In this document: positions 14,275 to 27,393 of the stretch, one piece after another
Numbering within the stretch: the stretch's first letter is position 1
Layout: each line of letters starts with the position of its first letter
Assembly: GCF_032444005.1 (NCBI RefSeq)
Contig: NC_091287.1
Location: forward strand, 483,600,001 to 483,664,000
Direction of reading: 5' to 3'
From: Ranitomeya imitator
Lineage: Eukaryota
DNA length: 64,000 nucleotides
The notes under the pieces: model-generated
Databases searched by the model: none
What the model saw: the letters and a program-made list of their open reading frames with translations, nothing else
What the model was told of the DNA's origin: nothing
Translations under genes and position numbers: made by a program

Positions 14275-17200
14275 TGGATGACAGCCGAGCATTGGATGGA
14301 CGACCTCCGAGCATTGGATGGACGGCAGCCAGGCATTGGATGGACGACAGCCGAGCATTGGATGGACGACCATAAACATTGGATGGACGACAGATGAGCA
14401 TTGGATGGACGACCACAAACATTGGATGGACGACAGTCGGGCATTGGATGGACGACCATAAACATTGGATGGACGACCTCCGAGCATTGGATGGACGGCA
14501 GCCAGGCATTGGATGGACGACAGTCGAGCATTGGATGGACGACCATAAACATTGGATGGACGACAGATGAGCATTGGATGGACGACCACAAACATTGGAT
14601 GGACGACAGCCGAACATTGGATGGACGACCATAAACATTGGATGGACGACCTCCGAGCATTGGATGGACGGCAGCCAGGCATTGGATGGACGACAGCCGA
14701 GCATTGGATGGACGACCATAAACATTGGATGGACGACAGATGAGCATTGGATGGACGACCACAAACATTGGATGGACGACAGTCGGGCATTGGATGGACG
14801 ACAGCAGAGCACTGGATGGACAACTCCCGGGCATTGGATGGACGACTCCCGGGCATTGGATGGACGATTCCTGGGCATTGGATGGACGACTCCTGGGCAC
14901 TGGATGGACGACTCCCGGGCATTGGATGGACGACCGCCGGGCATTGGATGGGCGACCACAAACATTGGATGGACGACAGCCGGGCATTGGATGGACGACT
15001 CCTGGGCATTGGATGGACAACTCCCGGGCATTGGATGGATGACTCCCGGGCATTGGATGGGCGACCACAAACATTGGATGGATGACTCCTGGGCATTGGA
15101 TGGACGACTCCCGGGCATTGGATGGACGACCACAAACATTGGATGGACGACTGCCGGGCATTGGATGGACGACTCCCGGGCATTGGATGGACGATTCCCG
15201 GGCATTAGATGGACAACCACAAACATTGGATGGACGACTCCCGGGCATTGGATGGACGACTGCCGGGCATTGGATGGACGACTCCCGGGCATTGGATGGA
15301 CGACCGCCGAGCATCGGATGTACAACTCCTGGGCATTAGATGGACGACTGCCAGGCATTGGATGGATGACTCTCGGGCATTGGATGGACGACTCCCGGGC
15401 ATTGGATGGACGACTCTCGGGCATTGGATGGACGACTCCCGAGAATTGGATGGACGGCAGCCAGGCATTGGATGGACGACAGCCGAGCATTGGATGGACG
15501 ACCATAAACATTGGATGGACGACAGCCGAACATTGGATGGACGACCATAAACATTGGATGGACGACCTCCGAGCATTGGATGGACGGTAGCCAGGCATTG
15601 GATGGATGACAGCCGAGCATTGGATGGACGACCATAAACATTGGATGGACGACAGATGAGCATTGGATGGACGACCACAAACATTGGATGGACGACAGTC
15701 GGGCATTGGATGGACGACAGCAGAGCATTGGATGGACGACTCCCGGGCATTGGATGGACGACTCCCGGGCATTGGATGGACGATTCCTGGGCATTGGATG
15801 GATGACAGCAGAGCACTGGATGGACAACTCCCGGGCATTGGATGGACGACTCCCGGGCATTGGATGGACGATTCCTGGGCATTGGATGGATGACTCCCGG
15901 GCATTGGATGGACGACCGCCGGGCACTGGATGGGCGACCACAAACATTGGATGGACGACTGCCAGGCATTGGATGGACGACTCCTGGGCATTGGATGGAC
16001 GACTCCTGGGCATTGGATGGACAACTCCCGGGCATTGGATGGATGACTCCCGGGCATTGGATGGATGACTACCGGGCATTGGTTGGGCGACCACAAACAT
16101 TGGATGGATGACTACCGGGCATTGGATGGGCGACCACAAACATTGGATGGATGACTCCCGGGCATTGGATGGACAACTCCCGGGCATTGGATGGACGACT
16201 CCCGGGCATTGGATGGACGACTCCCAGGCATTGGATGGACGACTCCCGGGCATTGGATGGATGACTCCCGGGCATTGGATGGACGATTCCCGGGCATTGG
16301 ATGGACGACCACAAACATTGGATGGACGACTCCCGGGCATTGGATGGACGACTCCCAGGCATTGGATGGACGACTCCCAGGCATTGGATGGACGACTCCC
16401 AGGCATTGGATGGATGACTCCCGGACATTGGATGGACGACTCCCGGGCATTGGATGGACGATTCCTGGGCATTGGATGGACGACTCCCGGGCATTGGATG
16501 GACGACCGCCGGGCACTGGATGGGCGTCCACAAACATTGGATGGACGACTGCCAGGCATTGGATGGACGACTCCTGGGCATTGGATGGACGACTCCTGGG
16601 CATTGGATGGACAACTCCCGGGCATTGGATGGATGACTCCCGGGCATTGGATGGATGACTACCGGGCATTGGTTGGGCGACCACAAACATTGGATGGATG
16701 ACTACCGGGCATTGGATGGGCGACCACAAACATTGGATGGATGACTCCCGGGCATTGGATGGACAACTCCCGGGCATTGGATGGACGACTCCCGGGCATT
16801 GGATGGACGACTCCCAGGCATTGGATGGACGACTCCCGGGCATTGGATGGACGACTCCCGGGCATTGGATGGACAACTCCCGGGCATTGGATGGACGACT
16901 CCCGGGCATTGGATGGACGACTCCCGGGCATTGGATGGATGACTCCCGGGCATTGGATGGACGACTCCCGGGCATTGGATGGACGACTCCCGGGCATTGG
17001 ATGGACGACTCCCGGGCATTGGATGGACGACTCCCGGGCATTGGATGGATGACTCCCGGGCATTGGATGGACGACTCCCGGGCATTGGATGGACGACTCC
17101 CGGGCATTGGATGGACGACCACAAACATTGGATGGACGACTCCCGGGCATTGGATGGACGACTCCCGGGCATTGGATGGACGACTCCCGGGCATTGGATG

Positions 17201-19085
17201 GACGACTCCCGGGCATTGGATGGACGACTCCCGGGCATTGGATGGACAACTCCCAGGCATTGGATGGACGACTCCCAGGCATTGGATGGACGACTCCCAG
17301 GCATTGGATGGACGACTCCCGGGCATTGGATGGACAACTCCCGGGCATTGGATGGACGACTCCCGGGCATTGGATGGACGACTCCCGGGCATTGGATGGA
17401 CGACTCCCGGGCATTGGATGGACGACTCCCGGGCATTGGATGGACGACTCCCGGGCATTGGATGGACGACTCCCGGGCATTGGATGGATGACTCCCGGGC
17501 ATTGGATGGACGACTCCCGGGCATTGGATGGACGACTCCCAGGCATTGGATGGACGACTCCCGGGCATTGGATGGACGACCACAAACATTGGATGGACGA
17601 CTCCCGGGCATTGGATGGACGACTCCCGGGCATTGGATGGACGACTCCCGGGCATTGGATGGACGACTCCCGGGCATTGGATGGACGACTCCCGGGCATT
17701 GGATGGACGACTCCCGGGCATTGGATGGACGACTCCCGGGCATTGGATGGACGACTCCCGGGCATTGGATGGACGACTCCCGGGCATTGGATGGACGACT
17801 CCCGGGCATTGGATGGACGACTCCCGGGCATTGGATGGACAACTCCCAGGCATTGGATGGACGACTCCCAGGCATTGGATGGACAACTCCCGGGCATTGG
17901 ATGGACGACTCCCGGGCATTGGATGGACGACTCCCGGGCATTGGATGGACGACTCCCGGGCATTGGATGGACGACTCCCGGGCATTGGATGGACGACTCC
18001 CGGGCATTGGATGGACGACTCCCGGGCATTGGATGGACGACTCCCGGGCATTGGATGGACGACTCCCGGGCATTGGATGGACGACTCCCGGGCATTGGAT
18101 GGACGACTCCCGGGCATTGGATGGACGACTCCCGGGCATTGGATGGACGACTCCCGGGCATTGGATGGACGACTCCCGGGCATTGGATGGACAACTCCCG
18201 GGCATTGTATGGACGACTCCCGGGCATTGGATGGACGACTCCCGGGCATTGGATGGACGACTCCCGGGCATTGGATGGACGACTCCCGGGCATTGGATGG
18301 ACGACTCCCAGGCATTGGATGGACGACTCCCAGGCATTGGATGGACAACTCCCGGGCATTGGATGGACGACTCCCGGGCATTGGATGGACGACTCCCGGG
18401 CATTGGATGGACGACTCCCGGGCATTGGATGGACGACTCCCGGGCATTGGATGGACGACTCCCGGGCATTGGATGGACGACTCCCGGGCATTGGATGGAC
18501 GACTCCCGGGCATTGGATGGACGACTCCCGGGCATTGGATGGACGACTCCCGGGCATTGGATGGACGACTCCCGGGCATTGGATGGACGACTCCCGGGCA
18601 TTGGATGGATGACTCCCGGGCATTGGATGGACGACTCCCGGGCATTGGATGGACGACTCCCGGGCATTGGATGGACGACTCCCGGGCATTGGATGGACGA
18701 CTCCCAGGCATTGGATGGACGACTCCCGGGCATTGGATGGACGACTCCCGGGCATTGGATGGACGACTCCCGGGCATTGGATGGACGACTCCCGGGCATT
18801 GGATGGACGACTCCCGGGCATTGGATGGACGACTCCCGGGCATTGGATGGACGACTCCCGGGCATTGGATGGACGACTCCCGGGCATTGGATGGACGACT
18901 CCCGGGCATTGGATGGACGACTCCCAGGCATTGGATGGACGACTCCCGGGCATTGGATGGACGACTCCCGGGCATTGGATGGACGACTCCCAGGCATTGG
19001 ATGGACGACTCCCGGGCATTGGATGGACAACTCCCGGGCATTGTATGGACGACTCCCGGGCATTGGATGGACGACCCCCGGACAC
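14275..19085. repeat. ~4.8 kb minisatellite, ~220 units of 21-22 bp (consensus GCATTGGATGGACGACTCCCGG)
   Basis: Directly visible tandem units; the consensus has no stop codon in any frame, which explains the 500-983 aa ORFs. Confidence 0.98.
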
Positions 19086-19418
19086 TGTCATATCACCTCA
19101 GCCCAGTTTGTGAGATGACCTCAACATTTGCGCACAAAAGTGCATATCAGAAGCAGCACTTTTTCTGCAATATTTCATTATTTTACCAGGTGTGACATCC
19201 TGATACCCCCAGATGAGGCCCAAACACATTTATCAAGGAAAGGTGCAGTTGATATAACTCACTGCATTACTTGTGTATCACACAGCAATAGACAGATGCA
19301 TGTGATTAGTTTTTACCTCAGCCAGCATGATGTGCCCTCATCAAACATGGCCGCCCGTGTTTCCCCTACACACTGTACATTACGCTCTCCGCGCTCCCAG
19401 CAAGAGTGATTATTCCAG

Positions 19419-19534
19419 GTCACGTGGAGCCACGAGTGTTCGGTTGACGTTTGACCAATAGTAGGAACGCTATGGGCGTCGAACGCTGATTGGCTGTCCT
19501 GTTGAGGGGAAGTGACAGCCGTGCGGTGACGTCA
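19419..19534 (+). promoter_or_regulatory. OTUD6B proximal promoter motifs
   Basis: GTCACGTG E-box 19419-26, CCAAT 19455-59, ATTGG 19489-93, GGAAGT ETS-like 19508-13, TGACGTCA CRE 19527-34; CpG-rich, 60-175 bp upstream of the ATG. Confidence 0.6.
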
Positions 19535-19592
19535 TTCCTGCAACTAGCGTCAGTGCACAGGGATGTGCGGAAGGTGACAGTGTGCCGGCAGC

Positions 19593-19668
19593 ATGGAGGA
19601 GGAGGACGGCGGCTCGGAGGAGGCAGCGCTGGTCAGACAGCACCGGAAGGAGAAGAAGGAGCTGCAGG
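19593..19668 (+). CDS. OTUD6B: OTUD6B exon 1
   Basis: [25 protein letters not shown] (cf. [10 protein letters not shown] of OTUD6B); donor G|GTGAG, phase 1. Confidence 0.92.
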
Positions 19669-19742
19669 GTGAGAGACACGGCTGTAATGCGCCGTGTGTG
19701 AGTGTGTCCTCAGAGGTGTCATACGGCAGTGAGTGTGGTCAT

Positions 19743-20066
19743 ACGGAGGAGCAGGGAGCGCGGCGTCGTACGGAGGAGCAGGGAGCGCGGCGTCGTACGG
19801 AGGAGCAGGGAGCGCGGCGTCGTACGGAGGAGCAGGGAGCGCGGCGTCGTACGGAGGAGCAGGGAGCGCGTCGTCGTACGGAGGAGCAGGGAGCGCGGCG
19901 TCGTACGGAGGAGCAGGGAGCGCGGCGTCGTACGGAGGAGCAGGGAGCGCGGCGTCGTACGGAGGAGCAGGGAGCGCGGCGTCGTACAGAGGAGCAGGGA
20001 GCGCGGCGTCGTACGGAGGAGCAGGGAGCGCGGCGTCGTACGGAGGAGCAGGGAGCGCGGCGTCGT
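19743..20066. repeat. 27-bp minisatellite x12 in OTUD6B intron 1 (GGAGGAGCAGGGAGCGCGGCGTCGTAC)
   Basis: Tandem units translate as (TEEQGARRR)12. Confidence 0.97.
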
Positions 20067-20089
20067 ACAGCCGTGCAGCCTGACTACTT

Positions 20090-21968
20090 TGTGCTCAAGA
20101 CCCTTTCCCCGGCTGTCACCTCTCACCTAACAAAAATATTCAACCTTTCCCTCACTTCCGGTATTTTTCCCTCCTCATTTAAGCATGCCATCATACATCC
20201 ATTACTTAAAAAACCATCCCTCGATCAAAACTGTGCCGCTAATTATAGACCTGTCTCTAATCTTCCCTTCATCTCTAAACTCCTCGAACGCCTGGTCCAC
20301 TCCCGTCTTACCCGCTATCTCTCAGATAACTCTCTTCTCGACCCTCTTCAATCTGGCTTCCGCTATTTACACTCTACTGAAACTGCCCTCACTAAAGTCT
20401 CTAATGACCTACTAACAGCTAAATCTAATGGTCACTACTCCATGCTAATTCTCTTGGATCTCTCTGCAGCATTCGATACTGTGGATCATCAGCTTCTCCT
20501 CACTATGCTCCGCTCCATCGGCCTCAAGGACACCGTTCTCTCCTGGTTCTCCTCCTATCTCTCTGACCGATCCTTCACTGTATGTTTTGCTGGTTCCTCC
20601 TCCTCTCACCTTCCCCTTACTGTTGGGGTTCCTCAAGGATCAGTCCTAGGCCCCCTCCTCTTCTCTTTGTATACTGCCCCTATTGGACAAACAATCAGTA
20701 GATGATTTCCAGTACCATCTCTATGCTGACGACACCCAATTATACACTTCTGCTCCCGATATCACACCGACCTTTTTAGAAAACACCAGTGATTGTCTTA
20801 CCGCTGTCTCTAACATCATGTCCTCCCTCTATCTGAAACTTAACCTGTCAAAAACTGAACTCCTCGTGTTCTCTCCCTCTACTAACCTACCTTTGCCTGA
20901 CATTGCCATCTCCGTGTGCGGTTTCACCATTACTCCAAAGCAACATGCCCGCTGCCTTGGGGTCATCCTTGATTCTGACCTTTCATTCACCCCCTACATT
21001 CGATCACTGGCTCGCTCTTCTTACCTGCATCTCAAAAACATTTCTAGAATTCGCCCTTTTCTTACTTTCGACTCTGCAAAAACTCTGACTGTTTCACTTA
21101 TTCATTCTCGTCTGGACTATTGTAACTCTCTACTAATCGGCCTCCCTCTTACCAAACTTTCCCCACTCCAATCTGTCCTGAATGCTGCTGCCAGGATCAT
21201 ATTCCTCACCAACCGTTACACCGATGCCTCTACCTTGTGCCAGTCATTACACTGGTTACCCATCCACTCCAGAATCCAGTACAAAACTACTACCCTCATC
21301 CACAAAGCACTCCATGGCTCAGCACCACCCTACATCTCCTCCCTGGTATCAGTCTACCACCCTACCCGTGCCCTCCGCTCCGCTAATGACCTCAGGTTAG
21401 CATCCTCAATAATCAGAACCTCCCACTCCCGTTTCCAAGACTTTACACGTGCTGCGCCGATTCTTTGAAATGCACTACCTAGGTTAATACGATTAATCCC
21501 CAATCCCCACAGTTTTAAGCGTACCCTAAAAACTCATTTGTTCAGACTGGCCTACCGCCTCAATGCATTAACCTAACTATCCCTGTGTGGCCTATTTATA
21601 AAAAAAAAAACTATCAGGTTCCTCGTAACATGTTCTCATTCACTTTATGCAGTTAATAGCCCTCTGTGTCTGTACTGCTACATACTTAGGCAGTTAACTG
21701 GTTCATGCAGCTTTACATGAACACCCGAGCCTTACACTATGGCCGGTCCGAATAACTAAAGCAATTGTTACCATCCACCTCTCGTGTCTCCCCTTTTCCT
21801 CATAGTTTGTAAGCTTGCGAGCAGGGCCCTCATTCCTCCTGGTATCTGTTTTGAACTGTATTTCTGTTATGCTGTAATGTCTATTGTCTGTACAAGTCCC
21901 CGCTATAATTTGTAAAGCGCTGCGGAATATGTTGGCGCTATATAAATAAAAATTATTATTATTATTAT
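20090..21968 (+). mobile_element. L2-clade LINE, 5'-truncated, RT domain with one frameshift just before YADD
   Basis: [48 protein letters not shown]; (ATT)n tail at ~21950-21968. Confidence 0.93.
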
Positions 21969-22179
21969 AAGATCCTTTGAACAAACCAAAAGGCCACGAG
22001 AACAATGTTTTATGGATGTGACCAAAATACAGTTGTTGTTGTTGTGGTTTTTTTTTTGTTAGTTTTTTTGAATTGAGAAAGGAAGCTGCATTACAGGATA
22101 ATGGAACATTGGTAGTCTATGTATTGGATCTGTTTTTCAGCGTCTGGGCCCGGACAGCTGCCATCATTGGTCAAATGCT

Positions 22180-23760
22180 GCATTCTGAATGATACCAGGA
22201 AATTCTAATGAAAAATGTCCGGACATCTGTCCTTGAGCTCAATCTCGAAGGAACGTGGGTCCTGCAGCAAGACAATGGGTGCAAGTTGGTCTACTAAAGA
22301 ATGGTTAAAGTTTTGGAATGGCCAAATCGAAGTCCTGACCTTAAAGGGATCCTGTCATGTCATTTTTAGCAACTAAGCTGTCCCCAGTGTGTTGTTAGTG
22401 ATGACATTGCATCACTAACACGTTGTTTTCAGTCAAAACGGCGCCGTAGTCCTCTCCAAAAATCACTTTTTTTATAGTTTTGTAGTTCCTTCTGTCATAG
22501 CGGCGGCACTTCATTTTCTTTCAGCCACAGGCTTGTCATATTGTCGACCCTTAGCACTCTAATGTTTCGGGGTGCACCGACGTCACAGGAATCTGCTCTA
22601 AAATTCTGTGCTTATGCGGTGTCGAGCGGCTCCCCGCGCATGCGTAGGGACGAGCGTGGTCACAGAGCCCGTGACTCACAGCGAATGCGCCCATAGTCAG
22701 TGAAGCTAGGTACGTACACAGATTCACTGCACAAGTGCGGGATTTTAGAACAGATTCCCGTGACATCGGCGCACCCCAGATCATAGTGCTTGGGCATATA
22801 CAATATGATGAGCCCGTGATTGAAATAAAGTGAAGAGCCGCTCCTGTAATTGAAAGAGAAGGTACTACATAACTGTGCTCAGTGATGTTTGGGGATGAGT
22901 ATGGTGCCGTTTTGTTTGATGCACATTTGATCACTAACAACACATTGGGGACAGTTTAGTTGCTATAAATGACATGACTGGTTCCCTTTAACCCCACAGG
23001 AATGTTGAAGGGCCTGAAGCGAGCAGTTCATGGAAGAAAACCCACCAATGTTAGAGTTGAAGCTGCTTTGTGCCCAATTCCTCTTAGGCTGCTGTCACAC
23101 TAGCAGTATGTGGTCAGTATTTTACCTCAGTATTTGTAGCCAAAACCAGGAGTGGAACAATTAGAGGAAAAGTATAATAGAAACATATGCACCACTTCTG
23201 CATTTATCACCCACTCCTGGTTTTGGCTACAAATACTGATGTAAAATACTGACCAAATACTGAAGGTGTGAAGGCAGCCTAAACCGATGTGCAGGACTAG
23301 TCAACCATTAAAGGGAACCTGTCACCTGAATTTGCCGGGACTGGTTTTGGGTCATATGGGCGGAGTTTTCGGGTGTTTGATTCACCCTTTCCTTACCCGC
23401 CGGCTGCATGCTGGCAGCAATATTGGATTGAAGTTCATTCTCTGTCCTTCGTAGCACACGCCTGCGCAAGGCAATCTTTGCCGCCAAATTCAGGTGACTG
23501 GTTCCCTTTAATGGAGAAGTTTAGATGCAGTTATTGGTGCGGAAGTCGTCACACCACAAACTGGATGTGAAGGTTCACATACTTTTTTAACTCTGGCATG
23601 ATACTGGATAATTTTCCTCATCTAAAAAAAGTCTATTTGACTTTTCAGTTGGTTCTCATTGTCTACTTTTAAGAATTTTGTAAAAATCCTGCTTTTTAGA
23701 TCTTATTTTTACAGAAACTTTCAAAGTTCTGAAGGGTTCAAACATCTATGCACATCTGTA
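22180..23760 (+). mobile_element. Tc1/mariner transposase relic with three nested MITEs
   Basis: WVLQQDN...EWPNRSPDL(N) remnants; interrupted by TTAA MITEs 22345-22987 and 23312-23507 and a Harbinger MITE 23087-23279. Confidence 0.7.
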
Positions 23761-24386
23761 CACCATTCTGACAGGACTCTTTGGAGACCTATTCTCGGGA
23801 TCAGTGGGGGTCGACGTTATCCCCTATGCTAGACCACAATATGTACATGGATAAATGAGTCTTCCCTGCATAGACTTCTGTACTGTACCTTCAGGATCTG
23901 CCATAAAGGTCTGGTCTTTTTGGATCCAATATGCGAGATTTCATCCTCCTCATCTTAAGAAATGAGCGGCCACTCTGTTCCTCACCGAGGCCATGAAACC
24001 CCCCTGACATATCTTTAGTAAGGACTACAAAGTAAATGACACGCCTGGAATGTATCTTCTTACAGTTCTGTATTGGGCTGTTACTGTTTAGAAATTGAGA
24101 TCACTGGATGTTCTCATTCTCCAAAAATCTTGGCTTCCAGCTCCGACTGTCTTTATTTTTCCCAGGGCGATAACTTGTCACTGGCCTCGGCATTGATGCA
24201 TGTGATCGGTGAGGTATAATAATCTATGGCTCGTCATCGACCACACCAAGGAGGACTAAGAAGCTTCAGTGCTGGAGCGGAGCACGTGGGACTTCTCTAG
24301 ACTCTGTGCAGCACTAATGGTGCGGTGGATGATATAGAAAGCAGTCTGGTATATCTATGTGATGGCCCTTTTTTTCTTTTTTTCAG

Positions 24387-24541
24387 CCAAAATTCAGAGT
24401 ATGAAAAACTCTGTGCCTAAGAATGACAAAAAGAAAAGAAAACAGCTGACTGAAGACATCGCTAAGATGGAGTCTGAACTGGAGGAAAAGCAAAAGCAGG
24501 AGCTCGCAGTTCTGTCCCCAAAGCAGAGAGATGAAGCTGAG
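24387..24541 (+). CDS. OTUD6B: OTUD6B exon 2
   Basis: tttcag| [40 protein letters not shown]...EAE |gtgag; phase consistent. Confidence 0.95.
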
Positions 24542-24999
24542 GTGAGCAAGGAGGAAGCGTGAAACCTTCGATCACATCGGTTATGAAGGGTTATTACACA
24601 CACAATGCTCACATGTAAGGCTGAAATATATGCCGACACTGATGACTGTGACGCTGATGACCAAGACTGTGCTTGCATAACGTTGGCCCTATGTTCAGTG
24701 GTTCCATTGGGGCTTATGTCCAAAGCCTTGTAAAATGGGATTTGGGTGTATGCGCTGACTGGGCAATTGATTATAATGATGCAGACGGAGTTGGTGTGCT
24801 TTGTTGTGCATACATTTTTGTCTAGTTGAGACTGGCACGACTGCATCTTGGAGCCCACCTCAACTAGCCGTATATAGCCGAAAATGATGTCCAAAAGAGC
24901 ACGTTGTGACTGTCTGCAGATAGGACACTCATTAATTGATATGATATTTGCGGGTTATTGGATGAACAGGCTGACGTGTAACCTGCTCTATTGTTTCAG

Positions 25000-25092
25000 G
25001 TGGACAGCATTTCTAATGGAGTCACCGGTTTAGATCTTGGAAACAATGTTCCAGGTCAGCAGATGCGGGTGTCAAAAGCCCAGAAGAGGAGG
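25000..25092 (+). CDS. OTUD6B: OTUD6B exon 3
   Basis: tttcag| VDSISNGVTGLDLGNNVPGQQMRVSKAQKRR |gtgag; 93 nt, phase 0-0. Confidence 0.92.
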
Positions 25093-25762
25093 GTGAGATA
25101 AGAGAAAAAAGTATTATATCACTGTCACTCAGAGAAATGCTGTGCCTCCAATGCTTCTAGCTTTCCCACTGCGGCCATGTAACGTTCCATCTGGTAATGG
25201 TGGTTAGTAGGAAGGAGTTCAGATGAAAGCCGTCCAGCATATTAATAAGGCTATGCCTATTCCATAACTTTGTGCAACAGTTCTGCCCGCTGCTACTCTG
25301 CATGAGTTTTTATGGTGTCACGGGCATCTTAGGAAAACTGCAGACTGGTGACGGTCACTTGCAACTGGCGCAATGCTTCAGTGCAGCAAGTGGAGATCTG
25401 ATGGTCTATTTGAAGACTGCGAGATGGGCGAGCGCCATGTGGCTTCTATTCACATTGCATACTCTGTAGGCATCCTCCAATACAGTGTATGGAGCGCTGC
25501 TGTTCTGGCTCTATTCACTATTTACATCTAGCCGCCCCCGGAGGTGATAACGGCTGATCGGTGGTGGTGTCGGGGCCCCATCTACATGATATTGAGGACC
25601 TACGAATGAGATGTATCTGTTAGTTCAGGGATACACAGGATGTATGTTTGTTTCTTGGCATAATTTTCCTATGCTTCTTGTAAATACTCCTTAAGATATG
25701 TGACCTCATGCCCTGCACAAGTGTCCGATATCACGTTCACACTTATTTTCCAATCATTATAG

Positions 25763-26075
25763 GAGAAAAAAGCCGCCCTGGAGAAGGAAAGGGATGAGCG
25801 CATCGCGGAGGCTGAAATCGAGAACCTGAGCGGCGCTCGGCACCTGGAGAGCCAGAAAGTCGCCCATGTTTTGTCTGAGAGGCAGCTGCAGATTAAGCAG
25901 ATCCCATCTGACGGTCACTGCATGTACAGAGCCATCGAACACCAGCTGAAGGAACGCGATAAAATAATCACTGTGACAAATCTCAGACGCCAAACTGCAG
26001 AATACATGCAGAGCCACAGCGATGACTTCCTACCGTTTCTTACTAATTCTGCCACAGGGGAAATGTACACTCACG
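25763..26075 (+). CDS. OTUD6B: OTUD6B exon 4 (OTU catalytic Cys box)
   Basis: EKKAALEKERDERIAEAEIENL...QIPSDGHCMYRAIEHQL...DDFLPFLTN; AG/GT boundaries, phase 0-1. Confidence 0.96.
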
Positions 26076-27088
26076 GTGAGAGATTGGAGCAGGTTATAGA
26101 TACTTGTGGTTAGTTATGGATACATGTAAGAAGATCACTAATGTGAAATCTAGGACCTCAGCCACCACGGACCTTCAGGGGAGATGAATTCACTGCTCCA
26201 GCTCTATGCATACTATGCATTGATTTGTTAGTAAATCTAATAACTTACTCTAAGCAAACTTGGATTTTCCTATTAAACTGTCATTGTCTTATCTGGTTAT
26301 AAAAATATGTAGTTGGTCTGGTAAGTCCTTATCTGAGACAATACAAGATAAAGTAGAACGAAAGGAGAATCCCCATTTTGCACCTTTGTAGCATATCCAC
26401 GGGATATGCCATAGATTAGATGCGGGTCTCCCAAATAGGACCTCAGTCTGTCTCACAAACAGGGTGCTGTCAGTGCAGAGGTGTCGCGATTCCCATACAA
26501 GTGCATACGAATTGTGACCACCTCTTCATCCACTGCAGTGCACATCAGGAACTATTTGGGAGATAGATGCAAGTCCCATTGGTGGTACCCACAGCCTTCT
26601 ACAATAGCTGAGTAGAGATAGCTGATGCCTACTGTTTAACCCCTTAAGTTGTAGCTCTGGCATCTAAGTGGTTCTTGTTCTTCAGGTGACTATTAAAGGC
26701 CCCCGAGGCATGTCATCTTAGTGCCCCGTATATGAGAGACTTGACTGGCTGAATAAACTGCAACACCAAACAATTGCCATATACCCTGCAAGTGAACACA
26801 CTTTAAAGTCCCCTCCCCCTTGGGCTCAAAAATAACTAAAATAAAATCCACACCCAGCGCAATGAATGGAGTAAGAGGTTTTTTTAAATTGTATTATGTT
26901 TCCCCATGTGGAGTGGAGGCAGCCTTTCATCAGTTTGAGCGGCTCCTCTACTAGCAGCAATGTACCGGTTGCATGTTACCTGAATGATTAATAAGGTGCT
27001 ATATGGTGAAAATCTGCTGTTATTGGATGTTGTAACCTGCTGCTCAATCCTTCACCTCCATTACAATATTTTCATGTGTTTTAAACAG

Positions 27089-27150
27089 ATGAATTTGAGA
27101 AATATTGCACTGAAGTGGCAAACACGCCAGCGTGGGGAGGTCAGTTAGAG
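27089..27150 (+). CDS. OTUD6B: OTUD6B exon 5
   Basis: aacag| DEFEKYCTEVANTPAWGGQLE |gtaagt. Confidence 0.95.
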
Positions 27151-27393
27151 GTAAGTCACACGGACTGCGAACAACCGGTATAATGACTGATCCAATATCT
27201 GCAAAAGTAGGACAATGGCGTAATCTTCCCCAGCAAACAAAGTCGGACACTTATGGACTCTGTTTGCTTCATTATAGTGAACAGATACCTGGGACACAGT
27301 TAAATAATGGCCCCGATTCATCAAAGCGATTACACCAGGATTCTGGCGTAAATTTTTTTTTTTTTTTACTCTTCGCCACGACAGCACCCAGTT

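Noticed and set aside
14275-19085. CRISPR-like appearance (constant core plus variable spacer)
   Set aside because: Eukaryotic context, linkers only 6-7 nt and recurrent, no cas genes; this is a variant minisatellite
14226-19195. ORFs of 300-983 aa in all six frames
   Set aside because: The 22-bp unit has no stop in any frame on either strand, so the ORFs are automatic; no splice or start context
19733-20083. Silk/glycine-rich (SYGGAGSAA)n ORF
   Set aside because: Alternative frame of the 27-bp intronic minisatellite
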